DNA of 49,215 nt, from positions 1 through 49,215 of the forward strand of contig CAXHAT010000034.1 of assembly GCA_964014485.1 (NCBI GenBank). Reading direction: 5' to 3'. The notes under the pieces are model-generated. The model was not told the DNA's origin, made no database searches, and saw only the letters and a list, made by a program, of their open reading frames with translations. Source of the DNA: an uncultured Deferribacteres bacterium (GTDB lineage Bacteria; Zhuqueibacterota; Zhuqueibacteria; Zhuqueibacterales; Geothermadaptataceae). How positions within the stretch are numbered: the first letter of the stretch is position 1; each line of letters starts with the position of its first letter. The position numbers and the translations under genes are program-made. Below are positions 20,263-28,921 of this stretch, piece by piece.

Positions 20263-22445
20263 CAGAATTTATATCCAAGATTGAACGGCGTTGAAAGCCC
20301 GGCGACGCGGTTGTAGACAAAGCTGATTTCCGCCGGGCCAAGCGGCGTTTGCACCCCGAGCGTCACACCGACGCCGGAGGTGAACTCCCGCCAAGGCTGG
20401 GTGAATCGCCAATCCGGGAAGACGTTTCCGGCGTTGTAGCGCAAAATCAGGTACCGGCGTTTCCACGGCTCGATTTGCAGACCGATCATAAAGGCCTGCA
20501 TGTTGCGGTCAAAAATTTCATCCGTGCGCAGGCCAACAAACGAATCGACGCCGCCGAGGAAAAACTGTTTTTGAAACGGCAATTTGTCCGTCGCAATGTG
20601 TCCGGCCTGCACACGCGTCAATAACGAAACTTTGCGACTGAAGGGAATCGCCGTCCGCCAGTCGAAGGCGATGCGACGAAAATCCGTGTCGCCACCCAGG
20701 CTTTTGGAAGCGTACTCGCCCTGAATTTTTAATGAATGACCCACGCGTGGAAAATCAGTTCTGTCAAACGTGTCCCACTGAAACAGGCTAAAGACCGCGC
20801 CAATGTAGCGCGTTGTGTCCTGATAGCTCGTTGGCGCGATGTCTGGAAAAGTGCGGTCGATTTCGCCCTTGAGCCCGGCGCCGAAAAGAATCTTGCTGGA
20901 AAAGAGCGAGCCGACAAAAATTTCTCCGGCATATTCTTGCCCACGGATTCGAAGCTCGCGGGTTCCGGCGGCGTAAAAATCAATGGGTTTTTCATTGAAG
21001 CGCGCATTGAGCCGCACGCCGAGGCCGGGAAAAATCCCCGTGTGTACGAAGTAAGTCCCGTCAAACGCCGACCTCCCGGCAAGCGCCAGATCAAAAGACA
21101 AGACCGAGCCGTGCCCGGTGAGATTGCGAAAAGTCGTGTTGAAGAGAAACGACGCTTCATTGCGGCTGTCAAAACGTGCGCCCAGGCGGAAGAGCGCGGT
21201 GTTTTTTTCCTTGAGATCGAGCACGAGTCGTACGCCGTCGCCCAGCCGCGTTGTGCGATAAATAACCTGCTCAAAAAACTGCGAATTGTAAACCCGCTCA
21301 ACGCCAGCCATGAGTTGGTCGCGGGTGATCCATTGCTCTGCGTCGATGTTTAATTCCGCGCGCACCAGGCCGCTCGAAACGTGGCGCAAACCGTTGATCT
21401 CGATATTTTTGACCAACAACGAATCTAATTGCAATGGCTGGATTTTGACGGGCTTCGCTTGAAAATCCTGAAACTGCGCCAGCGAATCCAGCAGCTTCAA
21501 AATTGGGCCTTCTTGCGCACGAACGGCGTTGCGCCCCAGCTCGATCAGATCGGTCGTGTTGTTAAAAGCGGCAAACCGCAGTTCGCCAAGCTGAGGCGTA
21601 ACCAAAATATCGCAATTCTCCCGTTGCACGCGCGTGAATTGGTCCATGTGCAACGCCAAAATTTGATTGACATAATCGAAAAGAGAGCTGAGTTCAGCGT
21701 TGCTTTTCGGACGCGCGCTAACGTCCACGCCGACCACAATGTCCGCGCCCATGCTGCGCACGTCGTCGGCAGGCAGGTTTCGACTCAGGCCGCCGTCGAC
21801 CAACTTCCTGCCGTTGCGAATCACCGGCGGGATTACGCTGGGCACGGCCATGCTCGCCTTCATCGCTTCGGCCAAAAAACCGGAGCGGATAAAAATCGCT
21901 TCGCCAGTCTCAATATCCGCCGCGACGCAGCCGTAAGGAATAGGCAATTGATTGAAGTCCGTGATATTGTGCGCGGGCCAGGTCAGCTTGGAGAGCAGCG
22001 CGGTGATTTTCCAGTCCGTCAGCAGACCGGAGGGCAATTGCACCGAACGCCGACGAATGGGCAGGGTGATCATGTAGCGCGAATCCCACGGCTTCTCGGC
22101 CATTGTCAGTCGCCGCCGTTCCGCCGCGCCGGTAAAAAGCTCGACCCAGTCGGTGACCTGGATCATCGAATCCATCTGCGCGGGCGTGTAACCGACGGCG
22201 TACAGGCCGCCGACGATGCTGCCGATGCTGGTTCCGGCGATAAAATCGATGGGCACGCCGTATTCTTCGAGCTGCATCAAAGCGCCGATGTGGGCAAAGC
22301 CCTTTGCCCCGCCGCCGCTCAGCGCCAGCCCAATTTTCGGACGATTCGGGCCGTCCGCCGCCGGTTCAGTCTGCGCGTAAAGTCTATCGATCCCGCTGTC
22401 ATGCAGCAGTAAAACGAGAAAAACGATTTTTTTCATAAGCGGCAT
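20262..22445 (-). CDS. Patatin-like phospholipase with POTRA and Omp85 barrel (PlpD-like, type Vd)
   Basis: GGGAKG, GTSIG, DGG patatin motifs; POTRA-like IEINGL segment; C-terminal NLGYKF. Confidence 0.92.
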   Translation of the reverse strand: MPLMKKIVFLVLLLHDSGIDRLYAQTEPAADGPNRPKIGLALSGGGAKGFAHIGALMQLEEYGVPIDFIAGTSIGSIVGGLYAVGYTPAQMDSMIQVTDWVELFTGAAERRRLTMAEKPWDSRYMITLPIRRRSVQLPSGLLTDWKITALLSKLTWPAHNITDFNQLPIPYGCVAADIETGEAIFIRSGFLAEAMKASMAVPSVIPPVIRNGRKLVDGGLSRNLPADDVRSMGADIVVGVDVSARPKSNAELSSLFDYVNQILALHMDQFTRVQRENCDILVTPQLGELRFAAFNNTTDLIELGRNAVRAQEGPILKLLDSLAQFQDFQAKPVKIQPLQLDSLLVKNIEINGLRHVSSGLVRAELNIDAEQWITRDQLMAGVERVYNSQFFEQVIYRTTRLGDGVRLVLDLKEKNTALFRLGARFDSRNEASFLFNTTFRNLTGHGSVLSFDLALAGRSAFDGTYFVHTGIFPGLGVRLNARFNEKPIDFYAAGTRELRIRGQEYAGEIFVGSLFSSKILFGAGLKGEIDRTFPDIAPTSYQDTTRYIGAVFSLFQWDTFDRTDFPRVGHSLKIQGEYASKSLGGDTDFRRIAFDWRTAIPFSRKVSLLTRVQAGHIATDKLPFQKQFFLGGVDSFVGLRTDEIFDRNMQAFMIGLQIEPWKRRYLILRYNAGNVFPDWRFTQPWREFTSGVGVTLGVQTPLGPAEISFVYNRVAGLSTPFNLGYKF

Positions 22446-22505
22446 GATACAAAAATCCCGTGCACAAAGCTCGCTTTACGAACCGACTGTACGCAAAACG
22501 ATTGC

Positions 22506-22533
22506 GTAGGGGCGCGGGGTGCCGCGTCTCTAC
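22506..22533. repeat. Degenerate GTAG-type REP, class 1
   Basis: GTAGGGGCGCGGGGTGCCGCGTCTCTAC. Confidence 0.7.
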
Positions 22534-22598
22534 CTGTTTCGCCTTGGAATTTTTACCCGATTCAATTATTTTCCCGCGCATAACAATCATTTTGAACC

Positions 22599-23594
22599 AT
22601 GAACACGGGGAAACAGAAATTGCCGCAGAAACCGCGCGTTTTTATCAGCCACGCCTGGGAAGACAAGCCAACCGTCTACCGCCTCGAGGAAAAGCTGCGC
22701 CAGGCCGGGGCGGAAGTCTGGGTTGACCACAGCGCAGCCCGGGCGGGCGACAACTTGCCAAAGCGTATTAGTGAAGCGCTGGCCTGGTGTTCCTGCCTGC
22801 TGCTCGTTTGGTCTGAACACGCCGAAAAATCCCATTGGGTGGAACTGGAATGGAGCAACGCCGTCTCCCTGCGCAAATTGATCATCCCCTGCCTGCTCGA
22901 TGGCCGCGCCACCCCGCCCATTCTCGCCAGCACCCTACACGCGCCTTTTAAGGATTTTGATTTGGGCTTGCAGCAAATCTGCGCCGCATTGGGCATGAGA
23001 ATCCTTGCGCGGGAGCCTGTTGTTGAGACACCTGTTCCAAAATCTGAAAATCCGCCGCCAAATGTCATTCCCGCGCAGGCGGGAATCCAGAAAACTGTGC
23101 CGCTACAACCAATTTTCAGAACAGAAAGCCGGACGCTTTCTGAAGACGATGTAGAGCAAATGCTCGCTAGGCACGGTTTCTTTGATAGTCGTAAAAATTC
23201 AAGCGGGAAAGGCTTTGACAACGATTTTAAGCTGATCGAGCGACAAGGCAAAAAGTTGGTGCTTGATCGCGCCAGCGGCCTGACTTGGCAGCAATCAGGC
23301 TCGTCCGAATATTTGAACTATAAGAACGCAGAAGCTTATGTCAAAGATTTGAACAAAAAGACGTTCGCGGGTTACCGCGACTGGCGCTTGCCGACGCTGG
23401 AAGAAGCGATGTCGTTGATGGAGCCTCAAAAAAACAGGGAAGACTTGTACATAGCCCCGGTCTTTGACGCGAAACAAGAATGGATTTGGACGGCGGATAA
23501 AGCGTCGCCAGGAGCTTGGCCTATTAATTTCATCAATGGTTGCCCCGATTGGTTTACCCTCGTCCCTAGCTACGTTCGCGCCGTTCGTTCCTGA
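22599..23594 (+). CDS. TIR domain plus Lcl/DUF1566 (C-type-lectin-like) protein; putative DGR target
   Basis: RVFISHA..D, WVD, S.WVELEW (TIR with putative catalytic Glu); D..SGLTWQ, DWRLPTLEE, WIWTAD, YVRAVR (DUF1566). Confidence 0.9.
   Translation: MNTGKQKLPQKPRVFISHAWEDKPTVYRLEEKLRQAGAEVWVDHSAARAGDNLPKRISEALAWCSCLLLVWSEHAEKSHWVELEWSNAVSLRKLIIPCLLDGRATPPILASTLHAPFKDFDLGLQQICAALGMRILAREPVVETPVPKSENPPPNVIPAQAGIQKTVPLQPIFRTESRTLSEDDVEQMLARHGFFDSRKNSSGKGFDNDFKLIERQGKKLVLDRASGLTWQQSGSSEYLNYKNAEAYVKDLNKKTFAGYRDWRLPTLEEAMSLMEPQKNREDLYIAPVFDAKQEWIWTADKASPGAWPINFINGCPDWFTLVPSYVRAVRS
23064..23090 (+). repeat. In-frame REP half-element inside the TIR-Lcl linker (encodes VIPAQAGIQ)
   Basis: GTCATTCCCGCGCAGGCGGGAATCCAG; same family as 17741 and 26622. 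Confidence 0.85.
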
Positions 23595-23747
23595 TAATCT
23601 TGATCATCTGGCCCTTTGAGTTATTTGACTCTTTAAGGGGCGGAATACGAGACGAAGCGGCTCTCAAAAAGCAGAGCGTTGATTATTCCACCCCCCTAAA
23701 AAGTTGAGGCCGTGCCGTGAATGTTCTCATGTGCAGAGCCGTTCCTT
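23514..23747 (+). repeat. Putative DGR variable region 1 (23514-23594) plus conserved downstream IMH/hairpin element
   Basis: all non-Trp codons between AW and YVRAVR end in C/T; 23595-23747 is highly similar to 26194-26346. Confidence 0.7.
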
Positions 23748-23899
23748 GCAAAATCGGGTGTGCCAGTAAACACTTGGCTTTTGACAGAAAAAAGTTTAAT
23801 ATTTTCCAGCATGAGCGCCGCACATTTCTTGGCGGCGGTCGAAGTTTTAGAAACGAGCGTCGATTGACAAGTCTGATGCTCTAAACGAAGAGGCGAACG

Positions 23900-24151
23900 A
23901 TGACTTTAGATTCCATCCCCCGGCTCAAAAAACCGGACGAAGCGCTCATCACGCGCATCGAAACACTAGAAGCAAAAAACAAGGGCATGGTCGCCGCCAT
24001 TGATCCGGACAGCGGCGATTATTTTCTCGGAAACGATACAATGACGGCGGTTAAAAAAGGCCGCCAACAGCGCCCCGAGGCCGTGTTTTATTGTATTCGC
24101 ATTGGCTACCCCGGCGTCTACGAACATCGCGGAAGCTTGGTCAAGGCGTGA
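23900..24151 (+). CDS. Small DUF5678-like protein, partner of a clan AA aspartic protease
   Basis: G..AAIDPDSGDYFLG...A...R...P...Y.IRIG pattern; GAGG RBS; GTGA overlap with the next gene. Confidence 0.7.
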   Translation: MTLDSIPRLKKPDEALITRIETLEAKNKGMVAAIDPDSGDYFLGNDTMTAVKKGRQQRPEAVFYCIRIGYPGVYEHRGSLVKA

Positions 24152-24531
24152 CGACTGCACTGAAAGGCGCCGTCAAAAATCGCAAGCCCGTCGTATCCGC
24201 CGCAGCCGATGCCGAGGGGCACGTTGACTTGGCCTCCACCCAAAAAGAATTCGAGCTCATTATTGATACGGGGTTTACGGGATTCATTGTTTTGCCGCGC
24301 AAACTTGTGCCGAAGCTCGACATTAAATTCCTGGGCTATGAGAGATTCGCGCTTGCGACCGGAAAAACGATGGATTTGCCGGTTTTTGAAGGCTGGGTAA
24401 AAACGCAAAACGACCCAATGAAAATTGAAATGGTCTTTGGCGATGAAATTATTGGGATGGCCATGCTGCAAATGATCGGCTCCAAATTGATCGTTGATTT
24501 CGAAAAGAATGAAGTGGAACTGATCGGTTGA
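24148..24531 (+). CDS. Clan AA (retropepsin-like) aspartic protease, AF_0612 type
   Basis: IDTGFTG motif, LATG, IIGM..L; GTG start overlapping the upstream stop. Confidence 0.85.
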   Translation: MTTALKGAVKNRKPVVSAAADAEGHVDLASTQKEFELIIDTGFTGFIVLPRKLVPKLDIKFLGYERFALATGKTMDLPVFEGWVKTQNDPMKIEMVFGDEIIGMAMLQMIGSKLIVDFEKNEVELIG

Positions 24532-24549
24532 TAAAACAGGAAGCCGAAA

Positions 24550-26193
24550 TTGGCGGACAAGCAAAACACAAATAATCGTCTCGCTCTCTGGCTGCCGGTG
24601 GCGGCTGTGATTGTTGCTGCACTGATTACAACGTACAAAATCTCCTGCGACGCCGGGTCACCACAATTCGTCTTGACTGACAAAAGCTTCCACTCGGACA
24701 AAATCATCACCGTGCGGTCCGCCAATGACGCCGCCCGTAAGAACAAAGCGTTGTTCGCCGAAATCGACGGTTTTCGCATGGTCGGCGAGCCGGTGAAGCC
24801 GCGCAAGGAAAACGGCGAATGGTATTGGCGCTTGCCCGCCGATGCGTTTCCTGATTCCGCCCGCACGGAAGCCGTGCATGAACTGCGGCTCGGGTTCGAT
24901 CTCGGGAAAATGACTTCCGCCGGTAAAATCGTTTTCGACCGCGGCGACCCGGAAGCCGGGGTAACGATTTCTGACGGCACATTTGGGGGAAAAGATATCT
25001 TCGCAGAATTCAGCGACGACAATCCGGACGTCAACCAAAAAATTAAGGCCGAGATTTCGTTTCGTTATCGCGGAGAGACCAAGACGATCCCTGTGCCGTT
25101 GCGCCGTATCACCGACGAAACCGGCGAGACCTTTTACGAACTGGAGTACAGCCTGCAAAGCCTGCCGCTCTACACGCCTGGCGATCCCGAATTTTACCAG
25201 CCTTATTTTGCTCTGGTGATTACTGATGAGGCGGGCAACCAGTTTCGGCGCGTCGCCACTTACAATAAATTTATTGCAACGGGCGAGGAATATTTTGGCA
25301 ACCGCGACATTGAAGCAAAACTTGAGCGGCTCGACGCGGAAACCTTTGCCCGGCGCTACAACAAATCGCCGGAAATTTTAGACATTCCCGCGCCGCATAA
25401 CGAAGCTTCCGGCAATCCTCTAATCGCGCTGAGAATCGTTTTGCGGGAACGAACCTACGTCAAACTCTCATGGACCCGTTTACCGCCCGAACTGCGCCCG
25501 GAACAGGAGCGTTTCACCATCTTTGGCGACGAGCGCGAAATCGGCGTATCCTTTGACACCACCTTTGTGGATGATACGCCGTTCCCGACTGAAGAGCGCG
25601 ACTACCGCGTGCTCGCAGAGGGCACCGACGGCAAGGAATATCCCAGCAACATCGCCAAAACAAGCCCGGACACAACCGCGCCGCCGCCCCCGGCGATTAC
25701 ACTGCGCAAAGAGCCGCGAACGCTGGCTGAAAGCGATATTCAGGCGATTCTAGATCAATACGATTTTTGGCACACAGGAAAATATGATTTAGGTTGGGAA
25801 AACCCGGACGGCAAAGGCGTGGACAATCGCTTTCAGCGGCGGCAAAACGGCGCGTTGATTCATGACGCGACCACTGGTCTGACCTGGCAGCAATCCGGCT
25901 CCGACAGCGCGCTAACCTACGCCGAAGCGGAAAAATACATTGACCGGCTCAATCAGGAGCGATTCGGCGGCTTTAGCGACTGGCGCTTACCGACGCTGGA
26001 GGAAGCGATGTCGTTGATGGAGCCCCGGCGCAGCAGTGCGCGCTTGTACATCGATCCGATCTTCGACGCGAAGCAGCCCTGGATTTGGACGGCGGACAAA
26101 GCGTCGTCGGGCGCCTGGTACGTTTATTTCTATCTTGGCTACTGCGATTGGTACGGCCTCGTCTTCGGCTACGTTCGTGCAGTGCGTTTCTGA
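24550..26193 (+). CDS. Membrane-anchored protein with beta-sandwich region and C-terminal Lcl/DUF1566 domain; putative DGR target
   Basis: N-terminal hydrophobic helix; Pro-rich linker; D.TTGLTWQ, DWRLPTLEE, WIWTAD, YVRAVR. Confidence 0.85.
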   Translation: MADKQNTNNRLALWLPVAAVIVAALITTYKISCDAGSPQFVLTDKSFHSDKIITVRSANDAARKNKALFAEIDGFRMVGEPVKPRKENGEWYWRLPADAFPDSARTEAVHELRLGFDLGKMTSAGKIVFDRGDPEAGVTISDGTFGGKDIFAEFSDDNPDVNQKIKAEISFRYRGETKTIPVPLRRITDETGETFYELEYSLQSLPLYTPGDPEFYQPYFALVITDEAGNQFRRVATYNKFIATGEEYFGNRDIEAKLERLDAETFARRYNKSPEILDIPAPHNEASGNPLIALRIVLRERTYVKLSWTRLPPELRPEQERFTIFGDEREIGVSFDTTFVDDTPFPTEERDYRVLAEGTDGKEYPSNIAKTSPDTTAPPPPAITLRKEPRTLAESDIQAILDQYDFWHTGKYDLGWENPDGKGVDNRFQRRQNGALIHDATTGLTWQQSGSDSALTYAEAEKYIDRLNQERFGGFSDWRLPTLEEAMSLMEPRRSSARLYIDPIFDAKQPWIWTADKASSGAWYVYFYLGYCDWYGLVFGYVRAVRF

Positions 26194-26386
26194 CAATCTT
26201 GATCATTTGGCTCTTTGAGTTATTTGACTCTTTAGGAGGTGGAATACGAGACGAAGCGACTCTCAAAAAGCAGAGCGTTGATTATTCCACCCTCTGAAAA
26301 AATCGTCGTCGCGTCGTGAATGTTCTCATGTGCAAAGCCGTTCCTTTCGGCCACTCGCGCGCGTTAGCGCGCCTCAAAATTTTTTT
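26113..26386 (+). repeat. Putative DGR variable region 2 (26113-26193) plus conserved downstream element and GCGCGC-GTTA-GCGCGC hairpin
   Basis: NNY codon pattern; downstream copy of 23595-23747; hairpin 26357-26372 followed by CTCAAAATTTTTTT. Confidence 0.72.
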
Positions 26387-26418
26387 AAAATCCGCCCGTC
26401 TCATTCTTCACAAAAACC

Positions 26419-26446
26419 ATCCGATTTTTTGCGTTTATTCGTCTAA
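26419..26446 (+). promoter_or_regulatory. Putative ECF sigma promoter ATCCG-N16-CGTCTAA
   Basis: same boxes and spacing recur at 33113-33140; lies upstream of the ECF gene at 26835. Confidence 0.6.
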
Positions 26447-26465
26447 ACAGAAACTTCGGTTTGCG

Positions 26466-26780
26466 GTCATTCCCGCAAAAGCGCAAAGCGCCGGAATTCC
26501 CCCTTTGAAGGGGGTTAGGGGGATGTTTTTCAACTTTGTCGAAATGGCAATAGTCCCAAACATCCCCCCGCTCCTTCATTTATGGATAGGTTTTTCTTTT
26601 TTACTCGAAAGCGCCGCTTTTGTCATACCCGCGCAGGCGGGTATCCAGCTTTGGGGCGCCGTTGTCTGGATACCCGCCGGAGTTTATCCTCGCGCAGGCG
26701 GGGACAAGTATGACACAGTGGATTGAGCTAAATTTTTCAAAAACCTACCCTTTAAAACCGTCCCCTTCAAAGAGGGAAAT
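26466..26780. repeat. Mosaic of REP-like elements (GTCATACCCGCG doublet 26622-26714; CCCCTTTGAAGGGGG-type hairpins)
   Basis: GTCATACCCGCGCAGGCGGGTATCCAG..CTGGATACCCGCC; CCCCCTTTGAAGGGGGTTAGGGGGATGT / ACATCCCCC. Confidence 0.7.
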
Positions 26781-26834
26781 TTGCGCGCTTCGCCCGGATG
26801 ACAAGCTGAACGAATTAAGTTCGGAGCGCCAAAG

Positions 26835-27638
26835 ATGGCTGAAAAATATGAAACCATTTCGGTGGAGCAGTTTCAGGAGCAATTTCTGGATTTGCACGCC
26901 AAGCTCACGTCCTATCTTTTCCGTCTCACCGCCAACCGGCAGGACGCTGAGGATTTGGCGCACGACGCTTACCTGAAGGCGCTGCGCAATCTGGCCGGGT
27001 TCGCCGGAAAGTCGAGCCTGAAAACGTGGCTTTTTTCCATTGCCACCAATTTGGCCAAGGATCATTTTCGCGTGCGCCAGCGCTGGCAGGTCGATTCGCA
27101 GGATCATTGCCGGGAAGATACGCAGGCCTCGCCGGAGAAGGTCAATCGTATGCGCGAGATTGTGGCGGAGTCGCCGGCGGAAGCGTATGAATTTCAGGAA
27201 CACATCGATTATTGCTTTACTTGCATCGCCAAAACACTGGAAATCGAGCAGCAATTGATCTTGATTTTGAAAGAAATCTACACTTTCAAAGTGTCAGAGA
27301 TCATGGAGATTTTGGGGCAGACGGAAGGCCGGGTCAAGTACGCGCTTTCGCAGGCGCGCAAACGCATTTCCGAGATTTACGAGCAGCGCTGCGAGCTGGT
27401 GAACAAGAGCGGGGCCTGCTGGCAATGCTCCGAGATCAATGATTTTATCCGCCCCGCGCGCGACGGCAAACAACAGCTTGTCCAGCTTCAATTGCGCCGT
27501 GAAGCAAAAAAAGGCGCGTCAAAAGAGCGACTGCTTGATCTGCGCACGGAATTGGTAAAAGGCGTCGATTCGCTCGGTTCGCCGGGTGCGGCGTTACACG
27601 AATATTTGCTGACGCTGATTCCGGAAAGTTTGCGTTGA
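26835..27638 (+). CDS. ECF sigma-70 factor with Cys-rich C-terminal extension
   Basis: DAEDLAHD.Y, F.GKSSLKTWLFSIATN; region 4; CFTC and CELVNKSGACWQC. Confidence 0.9.
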   Translation: MAEKYETISVEQFQEQFLDLHAKLTSYLFRLTANRQDAEDLAHDAYLKALRNLAGFAGKSSLKTWLFSIATNLAKDHFRVRQRWQVDSQDHCREDTQASPEKVNRMREIVAESPAEAYEFQEHIDYCFTCIAKTLEIEQQLILILKEIYTFKVSEIMEILGQTEGRVKYALSQARKRISEIYEQRCELVNKSGACWQCSEINDFIRPARDGKQQLVQLQLRREAKKGASKERLLDLRTELVKGVDSLGSPGAALHEYLLTLIPESLR

Positions 27639-27676
27639 ATTTGGGGTTGTCCCAAAGCATGGTTTCCGAATGAGAG

Positions 27677-27704
27677 ACACATCATGTCGTACGACATGAT
27701 GTGT
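27677..27704. repeat. 28-bp perfect palindrome
   Basis: ACACATCATGTCGT|ACGACATGATGTGT. Confidence 0.9.
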
Positions 27705-27958
27705 GACGCCATAAAAAATATTACGGTTTTGGAGAGCCCACTACCCCGGCTCATCCGTTAAGCGTCATTCTCGCCCCCGCCTGCCCGAGAATGACCGAGA
27801 TTCAGATATGAAAAAGCATAGCATTCCTTGATTCATTTTATCAAACACTGGACGTTTGACGCCGAAGCGCTTCTTCCTGAACTCGCCACGCTCCTCTTGG
27901 ATAGAAAATCCCCCCTTCGTACTTTTCGAAAACGCATAAAAATTCACACGCAAACTCT

Positions 27959-28155
27959 CTACCTGACACTTTTTTGTAAACCGCCTTCTCGAGCCGTTGA
28001 AAGGTCCAGTTTTGTCATTCTGAAGGAATCTTTGTTATCGCCCAGTACAGATCATGCTCAAAAGTTCAAGGGTCGGGTCAAAAAAGATGCTTCCAGCATG
28101 ACAATTCCGGTCTTTTTCGCCAGTCTTAGAAGGCTATACAAAAAGTGTCAGGTAG
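27959..28155 (+). mobile_element. ~195-bp MITE, family A copy 1
   Basis: TIRs CTACCTGACACTTTTT(T)GTA / TACAAAAAGTGTCAGGTAG; core GTCATTCTG..TTGTTATCGCCCAGTAC..CAGCATGAC. Confidence 0.88.
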
Positions 28156-28182
28156 TGAACACGCAAAAACAAGGGGCGTCCC

Positions 28183-28785
28183 ATGTATCGCCAGCGCATG
28201 AAAACTATTCTCGTCGACCTTTTGGTTGTTTTTACCGGCGTTTACGCAGCGTTCATGCTCGACGATTTCCGCAAGCAACAAGAGATCGAAAACAAGCGAC
28301 AGCAAATCGTCGACGCTTTGTTGACCGACCTCAAGGCAACGCAGGAAGGGCTTGACAAAGGCGTTCCGCAGATTAAGTCCATTTTTGACGGTTTTCTGGA
28401 AAAATATAAAAACGGCGAGGCTCCCGGGATAAATCACCTCGGATTTGACGTTGCGTTCCGCAGCGGCATGTGGGAAGCCATGCTGCAGTCCAGCGGCGTC
28501 GACGTTTTGGAGGTGGATTTTATTTTGCAAATGGAGGCGTACTATGAAAACCTTGAAGCGTTTCGCGCCAAGATGGAATATTTTCGCGATCTCAGCGCTC
28601 GGCAAATTGTCCCGAATCTTGGCAAGGACAGCACGTTTTTTTATGAACCGGAATCAAAAACTCTTCGCGAGCCTTACCGCTGGTACTTGAGCGCCGTCGT
28701 CGCCTTCACGCAAGGGATGACCGAGATACAAGAACGCAACCGAGCATTGGTTGAGAAACTGACGCAATTGTCTACCATTGAGTAA
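28183..28785 (+). CDS. Hypothetical membrane-anchored protein (N-terminal TM followed by coiled coil)
   Basis: DLLVVFTGVYAAFMLD TM, then helical domain; start 28183 or 28198. Confidence 0.75.
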   Translation: MYRQRMKTILVDLLVVFTGVYAAFMLDDFRKQQEIENKRQQIVDALLTDLKATQEGLDKGVPQIKSIFDGFLEKYKNGEAPGINHLGFDVAFRSGMWEAMLQSSGVDVLEVDFILQMEAYYENLEAFRAKMEYFRDLSARQIVPNLGKDSTFFYEPESKTLREPYRWYLSAVVAFTQGMTEIQERNRALVEKLTQLSTIE

Positions 28786-28921
28786 TCGCCGCCGCTCGTT
28801 TTTTTCCACAAATTCAATTTCGCATACAACCTTCCAGCCCCCAAAAGTCCCTATACAATAATAGCTCGCCGAAAAATCGCATCCCGGAGCAAGGCTCAAG
28901 GGAAACATTTTCTAAAATTGC

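Noticed and set aside
21429..22412. 327-aa plus-strand ORF and other long antisense ORFs
   Set aside because: Shadows of well-supported genes on the opposite strand
22599..26386. Complete DGR cassette, or one VR acting as the template for the other
   Set aside because: No RT or avd ORF seen, and neither repeat is the AAC-rich template; both are in-frame gene ends
26316..26976. ORFs 26316..26726 and 26620..26976
   Set aside because: Read through a REP mosaic (VIPAQAGIQ, IPPLKGVRGM); not credible genes
27828..28355. ORFs 27828..28355, 31051..31296, 35996..36181, 36112..36339 and 43738..44029 sharing similar peptides
   Set aside because: The similarity is just translation of MITE family A
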